Below are positions 1 through 12,849 of a DNA stretch of 64,000 nt, piece by piece (the first letter of the stretch is position 1; each line of letters starts with the position of its first letter). Where the stretch lies: assembly GCA_965644295.1 (NCBI GenBank), contig CBFFRP010000268.1:51391-115390 (forward strand), given 5' to 3'. Below the pieces are notes generated by a model that did no database searches, was not told where the DNA came from, and worked only from the letters and a program-made list of their open reading frames with translations. Origin of the DNA: Paraphysomonas bandaiensis (lineage: Eukaryota > Protista > Chrysophyceae). The position numbers were made by a program, and so were the translations under genes.

Positions 1-312
1 GCCGTAATTTTTTGTGTGATATTCACCTGTACACTCCAATCCAAGCTGAATGATTTGAAGCTTTGATAAGTACAACGCAGTCTCTTCCACCGCAGCGCAC
101 ATCGGAGCAATATCAAGCTGAATAGTCATACCATCAAAATAACTGTCTCCTTTTACTACTGATATGTTTATAGTATTTGATATAAAACCATTAACTCTGT
201 CTGCACGATCCAAGTAATAATTCAGCAAGTTTTGAGAGCGGAAACTATGCCATGCAGACTTATACATGGGCATCTTAATCCAATCCAGACCAATGTAGCG
301 TGAATTCTCCAT
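1..312 (-). CDS. 5' part of an unknown protein running off the window edge
   Basis: Manual translation from the ATG at 312 is open to base 1 (104 codons: MENSRYIGLDWIKMPMYKSAWHSF...EYHTKNYG). It is absent from the ORF track because there is no stop in the window. Divergent from the next gene. Confidence 0.5.
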   Translation of the reverse strand, partial: MENSRYIGLDWIKMPMYKSAWHSFRSQNLLNYYLDRADRVNGFISNTINISVVKGDSYFDGMTIQLDIAPMCAAVEETALYLSKLQIIQLGLECTGEYHTKNYG

Positions 313-901
313 AGTGTACAGTACGTTTGACTATCCAGCTATTCTAGTGCCCAGGATGAGCTGTTATATATGGTAACCCTTATATGCATTGCTGAGAATG
401 CTATTGTGCCATATAGAGGAACAAGAAGCACGTAACTGTAATCGCATGTGAGACAGTTGCAGTATGTTGAGACTGTGATAGCGAGTGCTAAAAATATGGG
501 ATTTTTGCATTTTGGAGAACTAATATACAGGATTTCTATATTTAGATCTTTCATTGACGTTCCTGGTTTTAACACACAAAATTCCTATATTTTATATATT
601 TCTCTAATTTTTCCATCTATTAATCATATTATCTCATGTTTTTAGAATAGAAGATAGAACACTGAAGAACCACTTGGAGAAATATTATCAATGTCTTGAT
701 AGTCAGTCCCTCATATTAATATCAGTGTCAATTCCCTCTCAACATCACTGTTTTACTGGCAAGTTAGTATATCTAAAGTTATTTACTGTTAGTTTACAGT
801 GTATTGATTGATATCTGACCTCTTCCTTTGAACACAACCGTTAATTATCTCTGCAATTAGCTATTGACTGTATAGCAGTACGTATATTGGCTATAGTAGA
901 G

Positions 902-3900
902 ATGATTGGGTTATTAATATCTGTTTGGCTTGCATTCACCTCAGCTACTGTACCTCAATGGAATTATGTGAGAGATTTGCAAACATATGGAGAACAGCGC
1001 TGTGAATCAGAGTGCTTAGTAGACAGAAGATGCGTATCATGGACATACAATGACTCGAATATAAACAATCAGGGACAAGGACAGTGCTATTTACAGTCGG
1101 AATTATTCGAACGACTGAGTAGTCGTATTCGCCCAACATCAATTTCAACTGATAGCCCTCAATATAAAATTGGCAACAGTAGTTCACATCAATATACATC
1201 TCGGATGCGACTACTAAGCGGGCCTGTCGCTATAGGCAGATCGACCGTGATAAATTTTCCGCAAAGTTTTTATTTTGGTTGTTCGTATACCATATCGGCT
1301 TGGTTTTGGCTGTGGAAAGTTACTAAAATGCCCCTCAGACATGAGATGCCGATATTCTCAACGCACGAGAGTACCCCTGCGTTGTATTCTCACCAAGCCA
1401 TATTGCCATCTGTTGTATTCAATATCGGTTCCCGTCGGGACAATATTTTTTTTAGTACTCTGAAAGACTCTCGGGGTGATTACGAAGGCACATGGGGCGG
1501 TGAAGTTGAGTACAACAAATGGATACATTTAGCTATTACCTTTTCCAGAGATAAAATGATGGTGTACATGAATGGCAAGCTACATTGTGAACCAATGGTT
1601 ATGTCTAAGAAGCAACAGTACCTATCCCATGTTTGCCCTGAAATCGAGTATCCTCATCACCTGAATAGGACAACTGCATTACCCAATAACACTATCATGC
1701 AACTTGGTGGCAGTAAGCAGGGATCGATGTTGGGTATGCTGTCGAATATCGACATATTTCGGGGATTGGCTTTGGACGAACACCACATAAAACAATGGAT
1801 GCTTCAAAATATTCCGGTTCAATTTCCCACCCTTCAGAAGCTTGTTCAAACCAGTGCGAAATATATCTTTAAAACAAGCATTGGATATCAAGATGATTAT
1901 GCGTTAGTGGATTATGGCATATGTCCTGTTAGTAAATGTGGTCCTATTTGTGTACCCACTGAAGTGATACCTCCAGATGAAGAAGTACAGAATGTTGATA
2001 GCAGAGACGAAGCGTCATGGGGTGGTGATGCACTGGATGGTGTGGAGTCGGTATCTAGTGAAATCACACCTCATGGCGACATTGATATATCCCCGCAAGG
2101 GGATGTCAGTCAAGACGAGAAGACGGACACAAGCACGTCCTTTACAAGCGATCCTCCTGAAGAAGTTGCCACAGATAGAGACACTCCTTCGCGATTGAAG
2201 ACTTCAGATTTGTTGAAAAAGCAGGAAAAGGAATGGAAAAATATGTTTCAATTACCCAATGAGGGAAATTGGGACGATATGGGCGACCTCTTGAACTTGG
2301 ACGATGCAACTTTGCAAGAGATATCTGATATCTACGGCATAGATTCTGCATTGTTAGACCCTACTATGTCTGATGAAGAAATCTTGCGTGCATTATCAGA
2401 GGCTGCAGGCTATGATGTTGGTCTCGATGGTTTAAATTGGGACAAAACTACTGAGAGACTGTTGGACGAATATTATGCCTCAGCATATTATGATAATGGT
2501 CACACTGACGACATGTCCTTTGCAACTGGTAACCATAAATCGGATCATACAGGTAGCAGTACTGTGGACGATGACATTACTGTAATTGAAGAAGACTATT
2601 ACTATGGCGATGAATACTATATTGAAGATGCGGTAGACTATGACGAAATTGAATTACCAAACCTTGACAGTGAGACGCCACAGCAGCAAACAGAGTCCAG
2701 TACAGCTACTCCCTCTGATACACCAATCCAGCCTGTGAAGCTAACTGCAGCTGAGTTGAAAGCTAGACTAGATGTGCAGTTACGTGACCCGTATTTTCGG
2801 ACTTATGTTCGCGCACCTGCGGTTGGAAGGGATGCTGAAGAATATGATTCTGGAAAGGATACGAGCAGTCGAAGTGCAGCTTTCTCAAGTGGCAAGCTGT
2901 ACTCTGAAGTTGCATCAATCGTAGCATCAGTATTATCCGTCCTTCGGGGACAGTTATATGCACTGAGGGACGGTGTACTGCAGCATATTCAAACGACTCT
3001 AGATTTTCTGGGTTTGAATGTAAGTGCGTATAATTCATCTGTAATCAATGCTACTGCGTCGTACGAGAAAAGCAAATATGACAAAGATATTGACGCTGTC
3101 CTTCAGCGAATGTTGGAAAAATCAAGTCTGTTGCGGGATAGGCTGACCAGTGAGAGCGAACAAGTTATGCGAGATTGGATATCTACTTTAGCTTCGCAAC
3201 ATGTGGATGGTGTTGATGTTCTTGAGGCACTTTTAGAGGGTTCTTTTATGGTTGTTGAATCAGAGGCTTCTGATCCTAGAGTAGAGCGCATAATAGAATT
3301 GTATGATCAAGCGATGCATTGGATGTCGGGACGACATATTGTTCATACCTATGACCAACTAAATGGCGATAAAGTAATGACACGTGTCATGACACGTGTT
3401 CATGAGAATGATACGAGAAATATTGGACACGGTATTGAAAGTACATCTAGATCTGATGCTGTACACGGGAAGTCTTCTCGGCGATCATACATGAGTGATA
3501 TTAATATCTACCGAGAGAGATCTTTTGAACCTTCTCAATCAACACTAATGGCTGCGATGTGGCTGTCGGACGAACTGGAGTTAGAATACTCAATACTTGC
3601 CGAAGGAGGGTATTTTTCTAACCAGCAAGCAGGAATGCTTGGACAAGGTCCTAGATTAGCTCTTGGAAGCAGGCATAACGATATGTCTCCCACAGTGCGT
3701 TATCAGGGCGATTTTCGAGAATATGTTAGCGACATTGTGCATGGAAAAATGGAAGTGTTGGCCCTTGGTGGAGGAGCTTCTGATGCAGACATTTCTAATC
3801 CGAAATCGACTGTGGAAAGCACAGTAATTGAGTCAGCAGATAACAAAGTCCGAACGAGTGATGATAAGGCGGAAGAGTTTGGTACGACATACTTGGATTT

Positions 3901-6491
3901 TGTTGCTGCTGTTGCACGTATGGACGCTTTTTTGGATTCAGATTCACTTATTGACGAAAACTTGAAGGATATTTTGATAAACGTGTCGTCAGATGCTCAT
4001 TCAGTGAGTTTATCTCCCTCTAGAGTGTATAATGCAACAATCGCGGATACATCAGACTCTCTACTTCATAGAATCGAGACTTCTGAATGTATTGTGGCAG
4101 CATCATACTATCTTCCTGTGATGAGGTATGTCCTGGCCAATTACGGCGATACCACAACTGGAGTGGCGATTCCTGAGGATATTCGGCTTGCGGATATTCC
4201 TTCACTGGATCAGTTAATAGGAGGTGTTTCAGGTGCTACCTCTGTAGGTGGAGACGGCGGGTACACAGGTAAGGCACTTTTTATTGCTATATGTTTGCTT
4301 ATTAAATTCACTTTTTTCTATTGCTGTGAATAGCTGGTGCCAGGCAAACTGCCACTTCGGATGCCATGGAGACCTCCATTCGAACGCACTATGTAGCTGA
4401 GGCGGCCGCTGGAAACCCTCAAGCCCAGGTTTGTTCTGATGCTTTGCTGTGAATAGTGATATGTCTATCCCAATACAAAAAAATACAAAGTTATTTGTTA
4501 TTCCATAACCTAGGTATGGTTGGGAATACGAAGTTTTTGGGGGAGTCACGGATTGGAACCTAATGCAACTGCTGCGAGAAAGTGAGTTGTGTATCATATA
4601 CAAAGCAGTTTTATGTGTATATTGTTGAAGTTACTTTCTGTAGATATTTGATGAAATATATGATTTTATTTCAGGTACTTCGAAATGGCTGCTGCCAAAA
4701 ACCACAGTGAAGCTCTATATTGTCTAGGCGCTATGTATGACAATGGCCAAGGTGGCTTACCTCGCAACAGAACCAAAGCACTGGAACTGTTTCGTCTCTC
4801 AGCAGAGCAAAAAGTTCCGTGGCCTGCATCGCTGCAAGCCTTGGGAAACTACCATTGGAACTCAGGCCCATCAGTGAGTAAACTATTAATGTAGCACTCA
4901 ATTGTATCGTAGTACCTTATATTTTGTTGTTCGTGTTAACGCAGTCTCAGCGAAATGAATCATTGGCGAAGGCGTATTTTGAAAAAGCCGCTGAAATGGG
5001 TAATGCGAATGGGTACTACAGTCTTGGGACTATGTACCGCGATGATAGCGTCAGTGTTACAATGAAAAATATTCCCCTGGCTGTGCATCTGTATACACTT
5101 GCGGCCACTCAGGGCAACATCAGGGCACTGGGAAACCTTGCATATGCGCTGTACGACTCTGACTCCTGGATAGGGCAGTATGCTCGTGAACAAGATGCCA
5201 TATCTCGCAAACAATTATTTGAGAATTCATCACACAGCAAGTTAGGTCAACATCAAGTTGCCAGTAAAGAAGCTTCCGATTTAGATGTCGAAGACTCGCA
5301 TGATTCACGAAAAGCTGAGAACTTGGATGACGAGGAAGTAGATGATGAATTATCTAGGTGGGGCTACAACGAGACATTGGGCTTCACTGTGATTCTACCC
5401 GGAGTAAACCAAGTAATCCCAATACCAACACCTATTCGGAGTAGCTGCGAAGCTGCTCTTCCTCTGCTGAAACACCTTGCCGAACACTCATATCGTCCTA
5501 ATGATCTATCGAAGGAAGCTCTAGATGCTTATATGTCTGGAGATATATGGGCTGCACTAGAATTATATGAGGAGGCTGCAGAATTAGGAGTTCAATCTGC
5601 TCAAGAAAATGCTGCGTTTTTGTATGAATTAATTGCTGAAACTATTTGCCCGAATGAAGAATTTGACTCTACAGGGGTGCAACAATCCATTGTTGGTGAT
5701 GCGTTCAACATGATATCCAGTAATTTAGCCCCCGCTAAGTCATATGTATCATTTGTTTTACGCATATTCGGTTCAACAACAGATCTGGCGAGTGATGCTA
5801 ATGTTAACCGAAACACCAGTGTATACAGCGGTCAGCAAAAATTAATCCATAGTCCGAATTGCAAGCGATATTTTAAAGGCATGGCTACTCGACGTTGGAT
5901 CCAGGTGGCTAATAATGGAGATGTGGAAGCTATGCGCGAAGTGGCTAGTATGTATGAGAGCGGCATTCATGTCGAAAAGAATCTGACACAAGCTGCGAGT
6001 CTCTATGCTCATGCTGCCGCTATGTTTGGTGATATAAGTAGCGTGATGGCTCTTGCGTGGATGATTCATAAAGGCCACGGATCTGGTACGTGGTGTATTG
6101 AACGAAATATGATAGTAAACCTTTAATTTTGTTATACTGATACTTTATGTTATACTGATATTACGCATCCGCTTATTTATACTATGCAGAAATTCCGAAG
6201 AACTTGACTCTCGCTGCATTACTCTATGCAAAAGCAGGAGAACTTGAAACCGTATATTCAGACTATGGTCTTTCTTGGGCTACAACTCTTGGCGTTGCAC
6301 CTTTTTTGGCGAAAGTTGCCGTGGGAATCGAGCAATATGTCAACACCTGGAATGTATACAAGATCGCCTCTAATTTTGCTCTGTATATGGACGACGAAAA
6401 AAGTATTAGTGACTTTTTGGTGTTGGGAGGTTTGATAGCATGTTTTCTCATTTTAGTGTACATTAAGCTTAGAAGAAATAGACGAATGTAA
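902..6491 (+). CDS. SEL1L3-like type I membrane protein: signal peptide, PAN/Apple-like Cys module, LamG/ConA-like domain, acidic linker, Sel1 repeats, C-terminal TM; multi-exon
   Basis: N-terminus MIGLLISVWLAFTSA; CESECLVDRRCVSWTY...CYL; LamG motifs YTISAWF and NKWIHLAITF...MVYMNGK. Sel1 repeats (ALYCLGAMYDNGQGGLPRNRTKALELFRLSAE, GYYSLGTMY, EKNLTQAASLY) in ORFs 4685, 4924 and 6204. TM FLVLGGLIACFLILVYI followed by KLRRNRRM. GT-AG introns, e.g. 4269-4333. Confidence 0.8.
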
Positions 6492-6774
6492 TTTTAACTA
6501 TAGGTGGCATATATATGACTGGTTTATCAACTTATTGACATATATGTGACATCTAGTTACCAGGGATAGGGAACAATATATTGCAATACTATCCTCATAC
6601 TCATTCACCGAGTCATCATAGGTGACGTCAATATTGACATATGCATTCAAAATTATATTATATATGCTTGCATCTTGCATCCGCCAAAACTGTCGAGTAG
6701 GTTTCACAAACAACTTCATATTAAGTGTAGTAGGATGTATACGTGTGCTTATGTAGTACGCTAAAAGCTGCGCT

Positions 6775-7425
6775 GAACAGACGTTCACCCTCAACATAGT
6801 CGGGGAAACTAACGTGAGCCGCATATATATACAGCAGATAATGTTCTGCCCAGTCATAGCCTAATGCTTGTGTAGTACAAGGTACAAGGGACACTAATAA
6901 GTGTTACTTGTGTAGACGTCTCTGGGCCTTGTCGAATAAACAGGGATCTATTATTGGACCTAGTTAAATTGGTGTAATTTCCTAGTCACACCAAAATTGG
7001 TGTAAAAACCTAGTCAAGCGGTTGAAAAACCTAGTCATTTAAAAATTCATATTTTTAGTTTACAATGACTAGGTGTTTATGGTATTCACCTAGTCAAAAA
7101 GTTGACTATGTTGAATCATTTATTACTTTGACTAGGTTATTTCACCAAAATAGCGTGACTAGGTAATTAAACCAATTTGACTAGGTTGAATAATATTTCC
7201 CGAATAAACAGGCATCCGGAAATGGACCCACCTCAAAGCACCCGGGGCGTTGGACTGCCTGCTGAAGTCAAGCATCCGGAACAGGGCCCACTTCAAGGGC
7301 ATCTGGAGGGGATGTTCACTTTAAGGACTCAAAATCTTAAAGTCAGAGGATGTCAGGTATATATCAACATTCTGCATGATCACTGCGTTCGCTTTGAGTG
7401 ATAGAGCAAAAGTAGTTGCACCTTT
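6775..7425 (+). repeat. Dispersed repeat family, copy A (interrupted by a MITE)
   Basis: Colinear with the reverse complement of 48178-48530 (TTCACCCTCAACA.AGTCGG; GCAGATAAT.TTCTGCCC; CTTGTGTAGACGTCT.TGGGCCTT; CTGAAGTCAAGCATCCGG; GCTTTGAGTGATAGAGC) and with the reverse complement of 63945-63985. Confidence 0.85.
6943..7201. mobile_element. Mutator-like MITE (259 bp) with 9-bp TSD GAATAAACA
   Basis: Termini GGGATCTATTATT... and ...AATAATATTTCCC. Long imperfect TIRs built from CCTAGTCA/TGACTAGG subrepeats. GAATAAACA at 6934-6942 and 7202-7210. The paralogous site near 48355-48363 has only one copy and no insert. Confidence 0.9.
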
Positions 7426-7868
7426 GTGCTTGCGTCAACCTTTGATCAACTTCCGTATCCTGAATCTTGAATCGTCATGATACTTCGGTTTCACAGTTAG
7501 AGGTATATAGTACTTTTGACTACCTCTTACAGTTTTTTCACATTGTATTTAACGTATTCTACAGTTCTATCTTAGAGAAACATGCATATTCCAACAAAGA
7601 ATGATAAGTATAATGCGATATTTCTATATAAGTAACGTATCAGCAGTGACACTTGCTCTCAGAAGCTACTACGCAAGTACATGCCTTAGATGCAAATGTA
7701 TACAAAACTATCATTGCATTGTGCAAGTATATGACGTTTTAGTTTTTATCATAAGGTGCACTGGTCATCTTATACGTTTAAAAGAGAAATTTTTAATGAG
7801 AAGATTCTTCATTTTCATCACAGGGGAACAACTAAAGTGACATATATCCCCACTATTTCAGAACAGAG

Positions 7869-8554
7869 TTACAAATCCGTTTTTGAAAGCAAGTCAACAA
7901 TAACTTCCTTAATATCTCCAGTTACATGTCTCGCGTTTCCATTTTGGTCAATAATAAATCTTCCATCGAAATTCCTACAATATGTATTAATATACGGCCA
8001 GATCAAACAAATACATCATACCAATTAATGTGCTTCTTAGCTGTTCTGTCCTTCAAAAACACAAATGTTGGTCGTGCATTGACACCATTTACGTCCCCTT
8101 TCTCCATAATAACCCCTTCAAATCCTTTAGACTGAGCGAACACAGAGATCGCCTGACTATCACCAGGTTCCTGTGCACCAAACTGATTGCAAGGATAGAT
8201 CAATATTTCAAATGAATTAGATCGCAGTGGTGCTAGAGACTTTAAGAGATCATATCCTTCAGCAGTGTACCCACAATACGACGCCACATTCATAATAAAC
8301 ACAACTTTTCCTCTAAATCTCTCAAATGAAACTTGATTTCCATTAATATCATTCTCAACTATACTGTAGAAGTCCACAGGAGGAGGTAGAGATGATTTAG
8401 CATACGTACGACAGGAATCTGCACATGATTGTAGCATATAAGCAGGGTTCTTATCACACTCTCCTATAGAGGCCCAGTATTGACAGTTTTCATGTTGATC
8501 AATAGCTGTAGATAGAGTTAGAGTAAGGAGGGTGAAGAGAGTAGCGTAGTGCAT
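7869..8554 (-). CDS. Secretory-pathway Cys-type glutathione peroxidase with an N-terminal ShKT domain; 2 exons
   Basis: Signal peptide MHYATLFTLLTLTLSTA; ShKT DQHENCQYWASIGECDKNPAYMLQSCADSC; GPx motifs NVASYCGYT and YPCNQFGAQE. WNF is restored by splicing (intron ~8022-7975). The protein ends SKTDL*. Confidence 0.9.
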
Positions 8555-9531
8555 ATTTGAATTGGAGTTACTGGGATGACTGTGTTCGAGTGGTAAGTTA
8601 AGTATGGAATCTACTGTCATATAGATGCCTACTACGCTATACATGCAGCTAGCTACAGTATATGGAGCATGTGTGCAAGCGTATGCGTCTTATTTTTCGG
8701 GAATTTATTGAAGCAAAACTCGTCTACATTACTGATATCCAACTACGGCTGGAATACAGAAAATTATTGTCTCAATATTTGAGGCAATTTTCAACAAAAA
8801 TATACAAAGGATGCCGATATGAGCAATACAACACACAGTACACCTACAAACACCTACTCTGTACTCATACACACCTACAGTAGTACATACTGTACTGCCT
8901 GTATAGATATGCACGAAGATGCTGCCCTACAGAAAAATACGTGACAACATCGGAATGTATAACCACCAATCAATATGATAGCAGCTAAATAGCTTTGTTT
9001 TCATTGGCCACTATGTAACTGAAGAAATGAGGACAACAACAGGACAGCAACGTTGCTGAATAATTAGATTTATGTCATGAAACAACAACAAACAGAGCGT
9101 ATATCATCTGGAATAGATAGCCATGACACCGGATACAACTAGCAGCATCTAACAATGCATAGTCATTTATAATTTATATAACGCGTGCCGATGTCATTTT
9201 CATAATATTATGACCGTGATAGGCTATGACAAATGGATGAAGGGCATTTCATCACATACAAATGCTGTTTTACACATCAGTAACCTACAAATAACAACCA
9301 GGAAAGTGTATAATACAGGCCCGGCAACTACAGTTGATCTCATACACTAAATCAATTGATAGCCTCTATTGCATGCGGTACGTATTACTTTGTTGTACTA
9401 GTACTTTGTGTATAATTTTTGCAAGGACGCGATTAATACATGAATACCATGGAAGAAACACTTTCCCACATTTCGAGAGTACTAGCGAATCATACTCAGT
9501 ACGAGTCATATGTAAGATATCAGTATATTCA

Positions 9532-10900
9532 CTACGTGATTAATCGTCCTAACTTTTTACCAATTGACATATATCTCTGTTCCATTTCACCATATAGTAC
9601 GCTTAACTCCTTCTGCATATCTGCCTTAGATAGACCTTTTAACTCACCATTGCTTTGAAGAATGCTTTTCTTTACTTTCAAACGAAACTTTTTGTAAACT
9701 TCTTGGTCACTCGGCTTATATTTTTCTACATCTTCTTTATTTATTTCAGAGCTATTACGATCGGTAACTCCTTCATCAAGAGGACGTTTTGTCCCTGTCA
9801 ATGACTTCAGGCCATTTACTGCTGAGGTACATCTGGGAACAGATATGCCACACAGGACAAGGAACTCCAACGCCTGCTTTACGAACAATAGCTGGGATGG
9901 AATTATCTTTACATCGCTGGCTACTATGTTCTCAATATCGACGTCGTTATTTCGTGCGTACTGCATACACCACTCCACGTCAACTGCATCCCTCAGGCGC
10001 TGAAATCCCTCTGCAGGATCTTCCACAGTAACTTCAGCTACAAAAGACCGAGTGGAAGCAATTCGATATGTTTCAAGCAGCATATGTCGACCAATACCCT
10101 TACCCTATTATCAGTGCGTGTTACATATCTATACCAATAGTGTAGAATGAAATACCAAAACAGGATCAAAACTAAGATGCACCAACATCTATTGTACACA
10201 GTGGATACAAGTACCAATACACATATATTGAACAACAGGTTGCAAGTTATACATGATCTAAGAATAATGTATCCTATACCTGGTGGTGGGGTAGAACAAG
10301 AGCTTGACAGACACGGATCTTTGTGCCCACAATAGGATTATGGAATGAATAGAGCGTAAAGTATCCCGCCACTGACAGAGTATCACCTTCTTTTTTAAAC
10401 ATAAACATAACCTCCCACTTATCATCATTAAAGTCCACTGAAGATGCGGTTTCGATAAACCACATTGCCACGCGCTCAGCTCGTGATAATAGACTTCCTG
10501 CGATATCATCCTCATGTTTGAAGAGATATAATTCAAACACCTCGTTGCCAATATTTATAGTCTTCAGTAGATTGGGACCTAAATCGGGTTTGGACGGTAT
10601 CACCTCTGGCGGAGGAGAGAGAAGGGGATTCAGCTTATCTTGTAAGCTCTTGGCAGTATCTTCAAATGGTAGATTAGATATAGTCATTCGAGAATATAAA
10701 TTGTAAATATCAATGTAAATATCAACCCGCAGATCATTGACTCCTGTCTCATTGATAATAACTTTCTCATCATCAAATGTTTGGTGTGTGTATGTCGGGT
10801 GTGTTACTATACAATCACTCCCACACCCTTCAAAGTGAAGATATATAACATCATTAGCTCGTAACACACAAGCTGGAGTGCTTGGCACATCATCTTCCAT
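9532..10900 (-). CDS. HAT1: Histone acetyltransferase type B catalytic subunit (HAT1-like); 2 exons
   Basis: HPTYTHQTF, WFIETAS and RVCQALVLPHHQ spliced to GKGIGRHML (GNAT motif A), then EVTVEDPAEGFQRLRD and KKFRLKVKK. Confidence 0.88.
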
Positions 10901-11309
10901 TATCTGTATGAAGATAAGGCCTCAATGGATGTGTGATACTTAGTTAAGACTGTCTAATTGTGTATGTATGTGTATATATCATATTTAACTTTTAAAACTT
11001 TGTATGAGTAGAGTATACCGTATAGCAATACAGTGCCACTGTACGTACATGTAGACGAAGTATGGGAATTCTCTATTTTGTTAGAAATACGGTATTTCGG
11101 GGTTTTGGTGTGCTGAATATTGGCGCTTTTAGAAACACAGTAACTGAAGTATACTGTAAGTGGTAGTTAATTTAACGAAGTTCCCTCTATAGTAACACAT
11201 GCTTCATAGCTCACGATATATACGATGGATTGTGTTAGGCTTCATATGAAGTATTAAATGTGATTAATAGAAGGGTAGAATGCATGTTTTAGTAGTGTAA
11301 ATTCTTTCA

Positions 11310-12849
11310 ATGGATGATCCGAATGATATGTCCGTTACTGACTTATTACAGTCTATGTCCCAGAGTCTACTGGAGGTTAAGACTGTCCATAGACCTGTTG
11401 ATGTACCAGATAGACCATTTAACCTTAAAATAGGTGGAAAGGTTGAATGACTCCATTTTAATCCCGTATTGTTATATTACTGTTTCGCAGCCCCCTAGAG
11501 AGATGTTCTATCGAAAGACAATAGTATGTGCAGCCGATCCTACAGTTCCATATAAACCGGAGCGTTGTTCCTGTCAATATCTATGTTCACGAGCGTTAGC
11601 TACTACGAAGTGCCTTACCTGTGCTCTATATGATCCTCAAGGTACGAAGTATCGTGTGACTGCTGCATAGTTAGATGACCATATCACGATTACTAGGGTT
11701 AGGGTATTACTGTGATGCTTGCTTTACAAGTCGACACCCGTGGTACCGAGTTACACATGTTTTTGCTCCTATATATCGCAACGAAAGTATCCGAGACTCC
11801 ATGAGGAAACAGGACAGTCAACTTCAAGCTGATAGGCGGCGTGTAGAGGGTTATGAGATGTTGAGCAAGTTGAAGGAAAATGAATTCAAATTGAGCGTTG
11901 TTGCAGACGACTTAGAAGTAGATACCAATATGAGGTAATTGTTGTGCCGGTTTCTATATTTCAAGAAAAAATAACGGTGTAAATGATTGTAGGAGTGCAG
12001 CGCGGAAGAGCGTCGCTCTGGAGAGTCGAATGGTTGCTCTGAGACGGCAGCTACGATCTAGTGTGCGAGCTTCGGGTGGAGTTATGGAGATAACAGAGGA
12101 CGAGGCAGCTGTGGCGGTGCAACGAGCTTATAGAGGCTACCAGGTGTAAAACTACGGCTTTTTCTCTGTGTATCAATAAGTATAATGGAATGTAGATTAG
12201 GAGATTGGTTTCACTTGCCTATGCGGAACGTACTGTGAGAGTGTGGGATGAATCTTCTGGCAGAGGTTATATATAAGTATCTCTATCACTTATTGTTGAT
12301 TTATATCTCAGAGTACTATTACGATAAGTTCTTAGAGACGTCTTCATGGACTCCTTCTAACGTGAGTAGAGTCAATCTATGTTATACCTCGTAATGGTGA
12401 AACCTGATATTTTGCAGCTGTTAATGAAGAAAGACCTTGAAAGTTTACCTCTGGTGCATGAACAAGACCCTGAGAGACGGATATGGTGCGTTAAAAAGAC
12501 AATGGCTAGGTAGTTTTAGAATATTGATATTTTATGCCATGCTCACTCTTGTTTAAGGCGGCGAGCCCTCCCGATTGTTTCTGAAGATGAAGCTGCTAAT
12601 GTTATTACGGCATTCTTCCGATGCATTGTTGCGCGGTCTGTTGTTCTTAGGACCGCATCCATAGTGTACAAAAAAGTATACGATGCTGACTACGACACAC
12701 ACTTTTATGCCAATGTCCTGACTGGTGAGTCGACTTGGGAAAAACCACGTTTATTTCTTACTAGCGATGCTTTACTGTTGTTAACTGATGATCAAAATAA
12801 GCGTAGCCCACGAGTAAATAGGGAACGGATACAAATTGCAAATAATTAA
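11310..12849 (+). CDS. B-box zinc finger / coiled-coil / IQ / WW domain protein; many short exons
   Basis: KCLTCALYD...YYCDACFTSRH (B-box-like); AAVAVQRAYRGYQ (IQ); RVWDESSGR.YYYDKFLETSSW and VYDADYDTHFYANVLTGESTWEKP (WW). Several ~50-bp GT-AG introns. Confidence 0.7.

Noticed and set aside
3378-3401. 12-bp tandem palindromic duplication ATGACACGTGTC inside the SEL1L3-like CDS
   Set aside because: A simple in-frame micro-duplication (MTRV x2) with no further evidence of function.
6943-7201. Regularly spaced CCTAGTCA repeats resembling a CRISPR array
   Set aside because: The repeats are short and mostly switch orientation between the two halves. They form TIRs with a TSD, there are no cas genes, and the context is eukaryotic.
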